DNA from: Nitrosotalea sp.
GTDB lineage: Archaea; Thermoproteota; Nitrososphaeria; Nitrososphaerales; Nitrosopumilaceae
Assembly: GCA_050749405.1 (NCBI GenBank)
Contig: JBOGRD010000015.1
Span: 4,581 to 36,580, forward strand
Reading direction: 5' to 3'
Length of the DNA: 32,000 nucleotides
Shown: in pieces, positions 1 to 7,261 of the stretch
Layout of the letters: every line of letters begins with the position of its first letter
Numbering within the stretch: the stretch's first letter is position 1
The notes under the pieces: generated by a model
The model's input: the letters and a program-made list of their open reading frames with translations, nothing else
Databases searched by the model: none
What the model was told of the DNA's origin: nothing
Made by a program: the position numbers and the translations under genes

Positions 1-305
1 ATGAGAATTGACTAGAAACTATGTGATTAAATCATGATACATCTGGCAGTTCTCCCATTTTTTTCAAATTCCAAATTCAAAGTTTTGAGTCTTATATGAT
101 TTCACATTGTTTTGATTTTATTTTAAAAAATTCTTGTGGTGGTTGAGTAGAATGCTTTCTGTGAGTGCTGATAATGGAAGGACTTGTTATCACTCTAAAT
201 GAAGATTATGATTTTTTGAAGTTATCAATAAATCACAGATGAAATTTTCATGAAATAGTCGTCAAAAAAGGTGCTCGCTAGAACAGATAATGTTCCATCA
301 ACCCC

Positions 306-932
306 TTACTTTTCTACAATAAAGTTGCCATTCATACCAAGCTCGGCGTGTCCTGGAACAGTACAGATGTAGTGATAAAGACCCGGAGTTCCTGCCACAA
401 ACGTAACCTGTCCTGCCTCCCCGGGCTTCATCGGGCTGTCAGGGGTCTTAAAGGCTGAATTCCAAAGAACCCCACTTGGGTTTTGAGGGTCGATGACTAC
501 ACCAAATGCATGAAATGACTTGGTTGGGTTGCTCAGGTGTACTGTAACGGTGTCTCCAGCGTGTACCTTGATGTCAGGATTTGCACCGGCCGAGCCTATT
601 GTACCATTAAAGCCGTACTTTGAGAAATCAGGACTGATTTGAAAATAGAGCGTGAAATCAACCTTGTTTTCGTTTGGAGGTACCGTTCCACCAGTGCCTT
701 TTGGAATTGTGCTAGTCGTAGTGGTTGCGGGAGCTGGGGGCTGGGTGGTAACTGTAGTGGCCTTTTCAGGCGGAGCTGCGGCGACAAGGCCTTGGTTGTC
801 AAGGGTGACAAGCGTATTACATTTAACGGCCTCAACTGGAATGCAGACACGTTTTCCAGCATACATCGTGCCTCCAAGCACCACTATGAGTACGAGTCCC
901 ATCGCGACATAATACCACCTAAACTTCATCAA
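306..932 (-). CDS. Membrane-anchored type-1 (blue) copper protein, plastocyanin/azurin-like cupredoxin
   Basis: 208-aa ORF. N-terminal hydrophobic anchor (YYVAMGLVLIVVLGG), then a Thr/Pro-rich linker (TTVTTQPPAPATTTTSTIP). The C-terminal cupredoxin has the ligand pattern His (SFHAFG) ... Cys-x4-His-x4-Met (YHYICTVPGHAELGMNG). Confidence 0.85.
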   Translation of the reverse strand: MMKFRWYYVAMGLVLIVVLGGTMYAGKRVCIPVEAVKCNTLVTLDNQGLVAAAPPEKATTVTTQPPAPATTTTSTIPKGTGGTVPPNENKVDFTLYFQISPDFSKYGFNGTIGSAGANPDIKVHAGDTVTVHLSNPTKSFHAFGVVIDPQNPSGVLWNSAFKTPDSPMKPGEAGQVTFVAGTPGLYHYICTVPGHAELGMNGNFIVEK

Positions 933-970
933 GTTAAGCTATGTCAAATTGGTATAAAAAACTGGATGTT

Positions 971-1005
971 GATTCACACTGGTAGCGAACCCTCAAGGAC
1001 GCGCA
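971..1005. repeat. Dispersed repeat R1, copy a (GATTCACACTGGTAGCGAACCCTCAAGGACGCGCA)
   Basis: Shares 26 of 29 core positions with copy c and about 30 of 35 with copy b. It is followed by TCTCGACAGA and TTTCAAATT blocks that are also seen after copy b. Confidence 0.8.
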
Positions 1006-1136
1006 CAGAGCGGTATTAGTCTCGACAGATATGGACCCTTCATCGGTTTCAAATTCTGTAATACTAGTTAAAACAGATAATTAGGCAAAATTATGATTTG
1101 TTAAAAAAAGGAAAAAGGATTGTGGTTTGTGTGATC

Positions 1137-1808
1137 TTACTGGACTGGATAGAATCTTAGCTGCAAGACCTTGTTACCATTGTTGTCGTACGACCAGAAG
1201 TAGTTCTGGAAAGTAGGATCGAATACGTTAACACAGACTGTCTTGCCAGTGGTCTGATCTACGTAACACAGAGTGGTAAGCTGATTAGTCACATTACTGA
1301 AGGTTGACTTTCCGCCATGTCCTCCAAATGATACGGTCTGACCAATGGAACAAATCGTGTCGCCAGTAGTCGGGTCGGTTGCGCATGTTGTGAGGCTACT
1401 TGAACCTCCCGGTATTCCTACAACTCTTGCCCATACTGTATATGCAGGATTGCCTCCAACCGTGTTTGTGGGCGGTAGCTGGAAGTTGGCAGTTCCATCA
1501 AGGCAGTTGTCGTCCAAGACATAGAAAGTGGTACCTTGTGTAAGGTCGATGTTGCAGTGCCCTCGCAGTGGAACATCTATCACATGTCCTCCACTCCCGT
1601 CAGCAGTAGGAAAATTTTTTGTGTTGCTAACACCAATGATGTTAAGGTTAAAGTGAGGGCCACTTGGTGCGCCATTTCCTGTAGCAAACGATGCCTGTGG
1701 AATGCTTGCAAGAGGCATTATTGTCAGTATGGCAAATGCAGTAGCAAGAATAGTTGTCAGATGTGGTTTTTTTGCAGTTGTGGTTGTTTTTGTTGGTATG
1801 AATCTCAT
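1137..1808 (-). CDS. Secreted Cys-containing hypothetical protein (beta-rich, Gly/Thr-rich)
   Basis: 223-aa ORF with a signal-peptide-like N-terminus (LTTILATAFAILTIMPLASIPQASFA) and 8 Cys in the mature part. No family recognised. Confidence 0.7.
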   Translation of the reverse strand: MRFIPTKTTTTAKKPHLTTILATAFAILTIMPLASIPQASFATGNGAPSGPHFNLNIIGVSNTKNFPTADGSGGHVIDVPLRGHCNIDLTQGTTFYVLDDNCLDGTANFQLPPTNTVGGNPAYTVWARVVGIPGGSSSLTTCATDPTTGDTICSIGQTVSFGGHGGKSTFSNVTNQLTTLCYVDQTTGKTVCVNVFDPTFQNYFWSYDNNGNKVLQLRFYPVQ

Positions 1809-2017
1809 TAAAATAACATAAAAGATTTTTGTGTTTAAAGAGTTGCGTAGGATTCCTACTAAATGACAGGATGGGATTTGCGATCAGATTTTCTGTAAAA
1901 TTCCATATGAAATGTGGTAAGTTATTTTTCTAACAGACCAAGTTTACAACTATATCAGGTACTCAAAGTCCGTAGAGCCCTCAATTTATCATCATAGTAT
2001 GGGTCTCAACAGATCAG

Positions 2018-2051
2018 GATTCACATCGGTAGCGACCCCTCGAGGCGCGCA
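2018..2051. repeat. Dispersed repeat R1, copy b (GATTCACATCGGTAGCGACCCCTCGAGGCGCGCA)
   Basis: Same orientation as copy a. Flanked on both sides by TCTCAACAGA(T/C) blocks. Confidence 0.8.
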
Positions 2052-2130
2052 TAATATGATATGAATCTCAACAGACTAGAACTTTCAAAGTTTCGAATCT
2101 TACCAGAAACAATGATTTACTATTGTCTTA

Positions 2131-2484
2131 TTACATTGCTTTACATGAGCATTCTGTAACCACTGCACCCTTTCTTGATGCAGCCCATTGCAATAATGGA
2201 ATAATAATATGATACAGTTTAACACCATCGTCGGTTAGACTATATTCAGTTCTTGGAAGCTTTTCATCAAAATCTTTTCTGAGTATCAATCTGTTTGATT
2301 GCAGTTCATTTAATGTATTTGTCAAGGATTTTGCTGTAATCCCTTTCAATTCTCTTCCTAATTCGTTAAACCTGATGCTTTTATGATTGCCGATCTCGTT
2401 GATTACAAGCAAAGACCATTTCTTGCTTATTATGTCAATTACACCCTGTAGGGGACAGAAAAGCACAATACTTTCTCGTTTCAT
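2131..2484 (-). CDS. HxlR-family winged-helix transcriptional regulator (paralog 1)
   Basis: 117 aa. Shows the HxlR signature CPLQGVIDIISKKWSLLVINEI...FNEL...GITAKSLTNTLNELQSNRLILRK...PRTEYSLT. The C-terminal tail is ECSCKAM. Confidence 0.85.
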   Translation of the reverse strand: MKRESIVLFCPLQGVIDIISKKWSLLVINEIGNHKSIRFNELGRELKGITAKSLTNTLNELQSNRLILRKDFDEKLPRTEYSLTDDGVKLYHIIIPLLQWAASRKGAVVTECSCKAM

Positions 2485-2539
2485 ACCAGTATCTTTGAAT
2501 AAACTTCACAACTTAAGTAGTTTCCTTTGTATACTGGTA
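2484..2539. promoter_or_regulatory. Divergent HxlR / thioredoxin-like intergenic region bounded by a 9-bp inverted repeat
   Basis: TACCAGTAT (2484-2492) and ATACTGGTA (2531-2539) sit at or next to the two divergent start codons (ATG 2484 on the minus strand, ATG 2541 on the plus strand). Confidence 0.4.
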
Positions 2540-2540
2540 C

Positions 2541-2810
2541 ATGGTAGAAAATCATACATTTGAAATATTCTCTGCAAACTGTCCGTTGTGCAAGAATATT
2601 GAGATTAGAAAGAATGAAGGATGCAGCCAAACAGTCCATGACGTAAACAACATGACTACAGAAATCAAGGAAAAAATGGAAAAATATGGGATAACGGCAG
2701 TACCTACCACGGTTATAGACGGAAAATACAAAATAGTTGGAATGCCTGATTTTCCTCTAGTATGTGGTGAAGATCTGTTCAAAAAGCTTCAAAAAGAATA
2801 TCCTCTATGA
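2541..2810 (+). CDS. Small thioredoxin-fold redox-active disulfide protein (glutaredoxin/Thioredoxin_3-like), CPLC motif
   Basis: 89 aa. N-terminal FSANCPLCKN and later GITAVPTTVIDGKYKIVG (cis-Pro region), typical of small archaeal thioredoxin-fold proteins. Divergent from HxlR paralog 1 across a 56-bp gap. Confidence 0.75.
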   Translation: MVENHTFEIFSANCPLCKNIEIRKNEGCSQTVHDVNNMTTEIKEKMEKYGITAVPTTVIDGKYKIVGMPDFPLVCGEDLFKKLQKEYPL

Positions 2811-3276
2811 CGACAGAAGCACAAGAGAGGAATCTAGGGGTGGCATCTTGAAAAACTTTCGAGGCACATGTGCTTGCGCGTCTGGTGGAATAGGAATATG
2901 TCTTTGTACAGTTTTCATGAGCTTTGGTATAGTTAGTTCTGCTGTAGTAGGAGTAGCAAAAAATGCTAATGACATGTCCAATATGGGAAACATGACTGGC
3001 ATGACTATGACATCACAAAACATCATCGTGACATTCTTCTCTGGTTTCTGGGGCGAAGTAATTTTGTTTCTTTCATTTGGTGCAATGTTTTCTGGAATAT
3101 GGTTTAGTGGTAACAGAAAGATCCTACCAATCTCAGCCGCTGGTGCCATAATACTATATGTCAGCATGTATGCATATTTTTCAATTAGTTTAGAAATTAT
3201 TGGTGGCATCGTGTTGGCTTTTGCATTCGTATCAGCTTATAGTAACAGAGTTGCAAGGACAATAAAACTAGCATAG
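2764..3276 (+). CDS. Membrane protein with Cys-rich first helix (CAC...CLC) and Met-rich loop; MerT/MerC-like in style
   Basis: ORF-track frame with about 4 hydrophobic segments. Motif GTCACASGGIGICLCTVF, then loop NDMSNMGNMTGMTMTS. The track start at 2764 overlaps the upstream gene by 47 nt, so an in-frame TTG at 2848 is a plausible true start. The stop coordinate is firm. Confidence 0.65.
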   Translation: MVKICSKSFKKNILYDDRSTREESRGGILKNFRGTCACASGGIGICLCTVFMSFGIVSSAVVGVAKNANDMSNMGNMTGMTMTSQNIIVTFFSGFWGEVILFLSFGAMFSGIWFSGNRKILPISAAGAIILYVSMYAYFSISLEIIGGIVLAFAFVSAYSNRVARTIKLA

Positions 3277-3383
3277 GTTTCAAATAATTTAATCAAGATG
3301 GACATTTAGGTACAAATAGAACCTGAACTGAACAAATTGTAGATTTGTAGGATTGATTTCTTGTCATAGTCGGGTTGATTGTT

Positions 3384-3866
3384 CTACATTTTACATGCAA
3401 TCTTGACATTCTTTGAGGTATAGTACAATGAAATTGCCAGGACAATAATTGCCGCCAATTTCAGTTCTAATCCTTGAAATGGGAATAATGCCAAAGCGCC
3501 ACCAAGACCAAATACGCCTAACAAAGGTGCAGTACATACAGGACATCCTGATGCTATTACTCCAGTAAAGGCACTACATGCGCTGGAACCCGCACCCTTT
3601 TTGAAACCCAAACTTCCTGTCATATGTTTTCTACAAAGAATCAGTGCTGTGTTTAACCCTGTCAGTATTGCTATGATAAAGCCCATAGCCACTGTGGTTA
3701 CAGTGAAAGATATTCCGTACATTTGGATGTATTTTGGTAACGGAGTAGGCGTAAAATCAAAAGTGAGTGACCAAAAGAGCGCGCCTAACGATACTGAAAT
3801 TACGATTGCAGTGATGGCATAAGCTGGTTTTTTTAACACTTGACCAACGGTACTCATGTTGCTCAT
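3384..3866 (-). CDS. 160-aa four-segment membrane protein with intramembrane CPVC motif (paralog A)
   Basis: Hydrophobic segments AYAITAIVISVSLGALFWSL, ISFTVTTVAMGFIIAILTGL, ACSAFTGVIASGCPVCTAPLLGVFGLGGALALF and LKLAAIIVLAISLYY. C-terminal ...IACKM. The start overlaps the thioredoxin stop in an ATGA junction (3863-3866). Confidence 0.75.
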   Translation of the reverse strand: MSNMSTVGQVLKKPAYAITAIVISVSLGALFWSLTFDFTPTPLPKYIQMYGISFTVTTVAMGFIIAILTGLNTALILCRKHMTGSLGFKKGAGSSACSAFTGVIASGCPVCTAPLLGVFGLGGALALFPFQGLELKLAAIIVLAISLYYTSKNVKIACKM

Positions 3867-4240
3867 TTTGCCTGCACTTTCTTTGTTAGTGATGAACTCT
3901 GTGAAAGGCAGTTAGGAATTGTAGTAAGCATTTTATCAAGTTCTAAGACAAGTTTTTCTTTTGTCATGTATCCAACAAGCTCTCCTACGTTTCTACCGTC
4001 ACAAAACATCCTAAGAACCGGGATTCCCATTATACCGTTTGCCTGTGCAATGTCCTCATGTTCCTCAACGTTTACCTTGGCAAATCCCAACTTTCCTTCA
4101 TACTGCTTTGAAACTTCGTCAAATATTGGCATTAGTTTCATGCACCAAGGGCACCAGGGAGCCCAGAAATCAACTATTACAGGGATTTTTGATGATGCTA
4201 CTCTGTCCTGCCAGTCGTTTGAAATATCAATCGTTGCCAA
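3863..4240 (-). CDS. Thioredoxin (variant active site WCPWC)
   Basis: 125 aa. VIVDFWAPWCPWCMKLMPIFDE...GIMGIPVLRMF is the canonical thioredoxin layout. It must start at TTG 4240, directly abutting the upstream TAA, because the active site lies upstream of any in-frame ATG. Confidence 0.85.
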   Translation of the reverse strand: MATIDISNDWQDRVASSKIPVIVDFWAPWCPWCMKLMPIFDEVSKQYEGKLGFAKVNVEEHEDIAQANGIMGIPVLRMFCDGRNVGELVGYMTKEKLVLELDKMLTTIPNCLSQSSSLTKKVQAK

Positions 4241-4402
4241 TTAACAACACCGCACAGCATGTCTTGCAATCTCTCTTGAGCAGCTCTTGTGTTTGTTGCA
4301 GTAATCCTCACACTGCTGCGCTAATTTGGGATCCTCGTATCTAAAACCACACGCATCGCACAGATACAGTTTTTGATCTGATTCTGTTAGTTCTTTTACC
4401 AT
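4241..4402 (-). CDS. Small Cys-rich (8 Cys) zinc-ribbon-like protein, 53 aa
   Basis: This is the C-terminal part of track ORF 4241..4771, taken from ATG 4402: MVKELTESDQKLYLCDACGFRYEDPKLAQQCEDYCNKHKSCSREIARHAVRCC. It ends immediately before the thioredoxin start. The upstream part of the long ORF overlaps the HxlR gene in antisense and looks non-coding. Confidence 0.5.
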   Translation of the reverse strand: MVKELTESDQKLYLCDACGFRYEDPKLAQQCEDYCNKHKSCSREIARHAVRCC

Positions 4403-4460
4403 GTCTTCACTATGAAATTCAAAGTATTTAAGATACAAAGTTCGTAGTAGAATAGTTACT

Positions 4461-4820
4461 ATGAAAAACCAAAGTAATGCAATTTGTTTGTGTCCGCTCG
4501 ATGGCGTAATAGATACAATTGGGAAAAAATGGGGGCTATTGATAATAAACGAAATTGGCAACCACGGTAAACTTAGATACAATGAATTAATGTCAGAACT
4601 GAAAGGAATCAGTCCCTCAACGCTGGCTTCAATGCTAAAGGATTTGGAAAAAGAAGATCTTATCATAAAAGAGGTTTTCAGAGAGATTCCTCCAAGAGTA
4701 GAATATTCACTGTCTGCAAGAGGCAAGGAACTTCGAGAGGCAATAATTCCACTGATAAGATGGGCTACCAAGAAAGGAAACTATACAGTTCACTGTACTT
4801 GCAGTCTAGTTAAGAAATAG
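4461..4820 (+). CDS. HxlR-family winged-helix transcriptional regulator (paralog 2)
   Basis: 119 aa. CLCPLDGVIDTIGKKWGLLIINEIGNHGKLRYNELMSELKGISPSTLASMLKDLEKEDLIIKEVFREIPPRVEYSLS. C-terminal tail HCTCSLVKK. Divergent from the Cys-rich/thioredoxin/membrane operon across 58 bp. Confidence 0.85.
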   Translation: MKNQSNAICLCPLDGVIDTIGKKWGLLIINEIGNHGKLRYNELMSELKGISPSTLASMLKDLEKEDLIIKEVFREIPPRVEYSLSARGKELREAIIPLIRWATKKGNYTVHCTCSLVKK

Positions 4821-4887
4821 ATGACCATTAGATATGGAACAACATTGTCTTATGTCCCCGAGTTTGAATTTCTAATTCAAGCTAATC

Positions 4888-4900
4888 TTGAACTGTTCAA
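4888..4900. promoter_or_regulatory. 13-bp palindrome TTGAACTGTTCAA (site 1, upstream of the Csa3-like regulator)
   Basis: Perfect TTGAAC-T-GTTCAA, 37 nt upstream of GTG 4937. It is preceded by TTGAAT-N5-ATTCAA (4864-4880), and a half-site GTGAACTGTTTG abuts the start. Confidence 0.5.
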
Positions 4901-4936
4901 ACCAATACTTTAGTATCAATTAAGAGTGAACTGTTT

Positions 4937-5590
4937 GTGACTCCAAAGACTCTCCAGATAGCTACTTTTGGGCAAGATAAAGAGGGCATACTTGCGGGTT
5001 TACGCAACTTTCCGATTCATAAACTCATCTTACTCCATTACAAAGATGATGTAAAACTGGTAGAAGAATTTTCAAGTAATCTTCGCTCCACCCTTGGCAT
5101 TTCTATCTCTCTTAGACTAATTGCACAACCCGACATAATTCGAAGTGCCATGGAGTATGTTTCTCAAATCATAAAGGAAGAGGGAGCAAACTATGAGCAA
5201 ATTTTGATAAACGTAAGTGCGGGCGACAAAATGATAGGTTGTGCAGCACTCTCCTGCGCATTTGTAAATGGAATCAAGGCATTTGGGACTGACATGGAGG
5301 GAAATCCAATGCTTTTGCCTATCTTGAAGCTAAGTTACAACGAGATGATCTCTGACGCAAAGATCAAGATTTTACATGCAATAGACAATGCGGGAGGCTC
5401 GGTAGAAAGCCTTGATAATTTATCAAAACACTGTGAGTTTGGAAAACCACTTTTGAGTTATCACATACACGGGAGTTCGGAATCAAAGGGCTTGGTTCAG
5501 CTTGGACTTGTAGATGTTGAAAGATTAGAACGTGGGAGAACCAAGATTACCCTGAATACCCTAGGCAAGATGCTTATTTCTACGAAATAG
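4937..5590 (+). CDS. Csa3-like regulator: Rossmann/CARF-like N-domain plus C-terminal winged helix
   Basis: 217 aa, GTG start. The N-domain pattern LQIATFGQDKEGILAGL...HKLILLHY...ILINVSAGDKMIGCAAL resembles the Csa3/CARF layout (TMGF...; TGG/MR-type loop). The C-terminal part KIKILHAIDNAGGSVESLDNLSKH...GLVQLGLV is wHTH-like. The call rests on pattern resemblance only. Confidence 0.6.
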   Translation: MTPKTLQIATFGQDKEGILAGLRNFPIHKLILLHYKDDVKLVEEFSSNLRSTLGISISLRLIAQPDIIRSAMEYVSQIIKEEGANYEQILINVSAGDKMIGCAALSCAFVNGIKAFGTDMEGNPMLLPILKLSYNEMISDAKIKILHAIDNAGGSVESLDNLSKHCEFGKPLLSYHIHGSSESKGLVQLGLVDVERLERGRTKITLNTLGKMLISTK

Positions 5591-5740
5591 TTTCGATATT
5601 CCTCGTATTACCATATCTATTGGACAGGTCTCACAGTATACGGTGTGATTTGCCTGATGTTGTTCCAATTTCTCTTTTGATTCAAATTCCATATTGCATT
5701 CTGTGCATATATTCTTCGGCTCTTTTTTTTGATTTGCCAT
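5561..5740 (-). CDS. Small C2H2 zinc-finger protein, 59 aa (below ORF-track cut-off)
   Basis: Hand translation: MANQKKEPKNICTECNMEFESKEKLEQHQANHTVYCETCPIDMVIRGISKLFRRNKHLA. Contains C-x2-C-x12-H-x3-H. The 3' end overlaps the convergent 4937..5590 gene by 30 nt. Confidence 0.45.
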   Translation of the reverse strand: MANQKKEPKNICTECNMEFESKEKLEQHQANHTVYCETCPIDMVIRGISKLFRRNKHLA

Positions 5741-5777
5741 TGATACACCATATGCAAATTAGCATAAAAGGAATTCC

Positions 5778-5790
5778 TTGAACTGTTCAA
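5778..5790. promoter_or_regulatory. 13-bp palindrome TTGAACTGTTCAA (site 2, upstream of membrane protein 5850..6407)
   Basis: Identical 13-mer 60 nt upstream of ATG 5850. The flank CTTGAACTGTTCAATTTTTAATTCGATGATTTGGAAAAA resembles the flank of site 3. Confidence 0.5.
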
Positions 5791-5849
5791 TTTTTAATTC
5801 GATGATTTGGAAAAATACCTTTAACTGATTATTTTGGATTGGATATTAG

Positions 5850-6407
5850 ATGACATACAAACTTTCACAATATCCAAGAAAAGCATCGATCGGATACGGG
5901 GCAATAGCAGGCTTTGTTGCAGGGATTGTGATGATGGGCGTTGCCATGTCAACAACTGTAATGATTGGCATGCCATATGATACAATACCAAAAGCCATAG
6001 GAACTGCATTTGGTTCTCAATCAGATAATGCCGTGGCAGCAGGCCTTGGAATGCATCTTCTAACAAGCACACTGGTTGGAATAATTTTTGGCATTGTGAC
6101 TTTTAGCGCACGCAAGCTGCAAATAACAGGACTTGGGAAGGGTGTAGGATTGGGACTGGTTACAGGGATGATAGCGTTTGTTGCAATATCAATACCCGTC
6201 ACAACCAACGTGCTTCCACCGATACTTGTCAAGTTTATAATGCACATGCATCCTGGGATGACCCAACAGATGGCAATGGGCGTATTGCAGCAGAAAAAGA
6301 TGCTTATCACGTCAACTGCCATACTAAGGCATTTGGTGTATGGCGCCATACTTGGAGTAATGACAACAGTGTTGGTACTGCGAAGGAAGGCAAAGACTGT
6401 ACAATAA
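5850..6407 (+). CDS. Integral membrane protein with His-bearing helices (paralog of C-terminal half of 7262..8050)
   Basis: 185 aa. The motifs GMHLLTSTLVGIIFG and ILRHLVYGAILGV match MAHLITGTAIGAAFG and LLIHLIYGFILGV in the 262-aa neighbour. Confidence 0.75.
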   Translation: MTYKLSQYPRKASIGYGAIAGFVAGIVMMGVAMSTTVMIGMPYDTIPKAIGTAFGSQSDNAVAAGLGMHLLTSTLVGIIFGIVTFSARKLQITGLGKGVGLGLVTGMIAFVAISIPVTTNVLPPILVKFIMHMHPGMTQQMAMGVLQQKKMLITSTAILRHLVYGAILGVMTTVLVLRRKAKTVQ

Positions 6408-6476
6408 CGACTGGTTGTATGTCAGAGTAGGTGTGCATGATACAGTCGTTACAACGACTCGTCCGAACATGACAGG

Positions 6477-6513
6477 GATTCACACTGGTAGCGAATCCTT
6501 GAGGATTCAAATC
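6477..6513. repeat. Dispersed repeat R1, copy c (GATTCACACTGGTAGCGAATCCTTGAGGATTCAAATC)
   Basis: Contains nested palindromes GGATTC-N11-GAATCC and GAATCC-TTGA-GGATTC. In one frame the end reads GFKSF, like the RGFKS block of IS transposases. Confidence 0.8.
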
Positions 6514-6590
6514 TTTTAACTCTGACCTACAAAAGCAGATCTAGTAGAAATTCTAGCTATGCGTAAATATTGCGATTTCCTATTTATTGT

Positions 6591-6830
6591 ATGGTCAGCC
6601 TAGGTACAGCAAAATTAGCTGGAGTCATTATGACAATAGGCATAGTTGCCATGGCAGGTACCAACTTAGCCTTTGCACAACAACCATCATGTGGAGAGCA
6701 AGCTTACGGATACATCGGGTGTACTCCACTAGGTGCAGCACAATTGTATGGAGGCGTTTTGGTGGCAGGGGTAGTTGCTTTTGCCATAGCATGGGGAGTA
6801 GCGGGGCGCCAATACCATACGATCCCATAA
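6591..6830 (+). CDS. Small secreted/membrane-anchored 2-Cys protein
   Basis: ATG at 6591 inside track ORF 6570..6830. Signal-like LAGVIMTIGIVAMAGTNLAFA, then QQPSCGEQAYGYIGCTPLG, then a C-terminal hydrophobic helix. Confidence 0.45.
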   Translation: MVSLGTAKLAGVIMTIGIVAMAGTNLAFAQQPSCGEQAYGYIGCTPLGAAQLYGGVLVAGVVAFAIAWGVAGRQYHTIP

Positions 6831-6907
6831 CTTCAACTAAGATCTCAAACCTGAACGGAGTCAATGCCTAGAACAAATCATGATTCATCAACCAAAGGAA
6901 ACAGAAA

Positions 6908-6931
6908 AATCAACCGATAAGGTGGCAGTTC
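6908..6931. repeat. Repeat R2, copy 1 (ATCAACCGATAAGGTGGCAGTTCC)
   Basis: Matches 16473-16497 apart from 3 positions. A degenerate tandem unit lies immediately upstream (ATCAACCAAAGGAAACAG). Confidence 0.7.
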
Positions 6932-6961
6932 CTTGAAAACTATTTTGTATCCTGTAGGAAT

Positions 6962-7123
6962 TTAGCTAAAGTCAAACAAAAACTTTGATGGATCAGCGTC
7001 AAACTCAGACTTACAGTTGGAACAACAAAAGTAGACGTCCTTTCCATCCATGGTTGATTTCAAGCTAGTTTGTCCTGCATCCACTTCCATACCACAAACG
7101 GGATCGATTGCCATTTCTGTCAT
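6962..7123 (-). CDS. YHS-domain (TRASH-type metal-binding) protein, 53 aa (below ORF-track cut-off)
   Basis: Hand translation: MTEMAIDPVCGMEVDAGQTSLKSTMDGKDVYFCCSNCKSEFDADPSKFLFDFS. DPVCGM...YFC(C)S..C..F...P is the YHS-domain consensus. Confidence 0.7.
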   Translation of the reverse strand: MTEMAIDPVCGMEVDAGQTSLKSTMDGKDVYFCCSNCKSEFDADPSKFLFDFS

Positions 7124-7261
7124 ATAATATGCAGAAGTGCAATATAACTACGATCTAAATATCAGTAGACATTAGAACTTCAGACTTATAATCATCTGCC
7201 CATGTAGTAGAGATCCTGACCTACTGCGTAAATACTGGAATCACGTATTATATGCAAGGAT

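Noticed and set aside
283-291. Recurring ACAGATAAT-like motif near gene ends (283, 1073, 17812)
   Set aside because: It is a short AT-rich 9-mer expected by chance in this composition. The copy at 17812 is part of the duplicated FN3 upstream region rather than an independent occurrence.
4403-4771. Upstream two thirds of the 176-aa minus-strand ORF 4241..4771
   Set aside because: It runs antisense through the well-supported HxlR gene (4461..4820) and has a Ser/Ile/Leu/Phe-skewed, non-protein-like sequence. Only the last 53 codons, from ATG 4402, look like a real gene.
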